Virus record (IMG/VR): IMGVR_UViG_3300002042_000002
Span: 1 to 40,936 of that record
Length of the DNA stretch: 40,936 nucleotides
DNA from: a virus
Strand: one strand, 5' to 3'
The notes beneath the pieces are model-generated. The model saw nothing but the letters and a program-made list of their open reading frames with translations, was not told where the DNA came from and did not search any database. A program made the position numbers and the translations under genes. Each line of letters opens with the position of its first letter. Position 1 is the stretch's first letter. Below, in pieces: positions 40,625 to 40,936 of this stretch.

Positions 40625-40936
40625 ATGTCACATCTGTTTACAATTAAGGCTATCTCAAAGACAGGCGGCCTATCCCTTTTAACCACACTTAATTACGCCT
40701 TCTTTCCCACGGTGCTACACGGCCCCGGCGGTGGATATCGCGTAGAGTTTCTCGACAGCAACGCTACAGACGACGTTAGGCAGGTTCTTATCGTCGGAGA
40801 TTATACAGGCCTTAAAGAGGGCGAGCATGGCAAAGACGAGGACTTCTACGCCAACGTCCGCCACTGTGAGAAAGTTTATATCGAGAATGAGAAAGGCGCT
40901 ACAGTTCAAGCCCTTCATACTAATATCGCCCATGTC
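40625..40936 (+). CDS. Hypothetical protein, 5' part of the junction-spanning ORF (continues at nt 37 of the window)
   Basis: ATG at 40625 is followed by 104 open codons to the window end, in phase with 1..303. Confidence 0.7.
   Translation, partial: MSHLFTIKAISKTGGLSLLTTLNYAFFPTVLHGPGGGYRVEFLDSNATDDVRQVLIVGDYTGLKEGEHGKDEDFYANVRHCEKVYIENEKGATVQALHTNIAHV
40901..40936. repeat. Terminal direct repeat, copy 2
   Basis: Identical to 1..36. Confidence 0.95.

Larger units (their letters stand above)
1..40936. mobile_element. Complete tailed-phage genome (HK97-like head, long non-contractile tail), circularly closed contig, unit length 40900 bp
   Basis: The window holds a full virion module, a lysis cassette, and recombination and replication modules, all tightly packed. 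The first 36 nt repeat the last 36 nt. One ORF reads across the junction. Confidence 0.9.

Noticed and set aside
40715-40933. 72-aa minus-strand ORF at the window end
   Set aside because: It is antisense to the junction-spanning plus-strand ORF (40625..40936 plus 37..303). That ORF has an ATG, continues in phase across the circular junction and fits the plus-strand operon. The minus ORF has no context.
1-40936. Integrase, excisionase, partition or methyltransferase genes
   Set aside because: I looked through all translated ORFs for tyrosine or serine recombinase, ParA/ParB or SAM-methyltransferase motifs and saw none. This is a negative result by eye only and needs profile searches.

Overview
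The window is a complete, circularly closed genome of a tailed phage. Nt 1-36 are identical to nt 40901-40936, giving a unit length of 40,900 bp, and one ORF reads across the junction.

Layout:
- Rightward late operon (1491-19078): P27-type TerS, TerL, HK97-type portal, S78 prohead protease, HK97-fold major capsid protein, connectors, major tail protein, chaperone pair with a -1 frameshift, tape measure, and a four-gene tail-tip cassette. The gene order matches lambda-like siphoviruses and the Rhodobacter GTA structural cluster.
- A small lipoprotein 'moron' (19153-19284).
- A second fibre/spike operon (19788-25043).
- A lysis cassette (25121-27593): two holin-like proteins, a GH24 endolysin, and overlapping i-/o-spanins.
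- A leftward early operon (33838 down to 27627): PD-(D/E)XK exonuclease, RecT, HNH, ASCH and small membrane proteins.
- A divergent control region with a ribbon-helix-helix gene (33972-34124).
- A rightward early/replication operon (34175-40409): GapR-like protein, RusA, wHTH, DnaB, replication organiser and a terminase-associated HNH.

I saw no integrase, CI-type repressor, tRNA, CRISPR array or reverse transcriptase. Spanins and lipoboxes indicate a diderm host. The GTA-like tip cassette and the GapR-like protein weakly suggest an alphaproteobacterium.

Most notable observations:
- An orphan second HK97-type prohead-protease homologue sits inside the early operon (38506-38997), coupled to a coiled-coil protein and an XRE-like HTH.
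- The ~1400-aa host-specificity gene has a frame break near 18452-18480.
- An Llp-like lipoprotein cassette follows the host-specificity gene.
- GATC and palindromic hexamers look strongly enriched, except in two islands that coincide with receptor-binding modules.
- RecT carries a long acidic C-terminal extension.

All homology statements come from reading motifs by eye and need profile searches to confirm.
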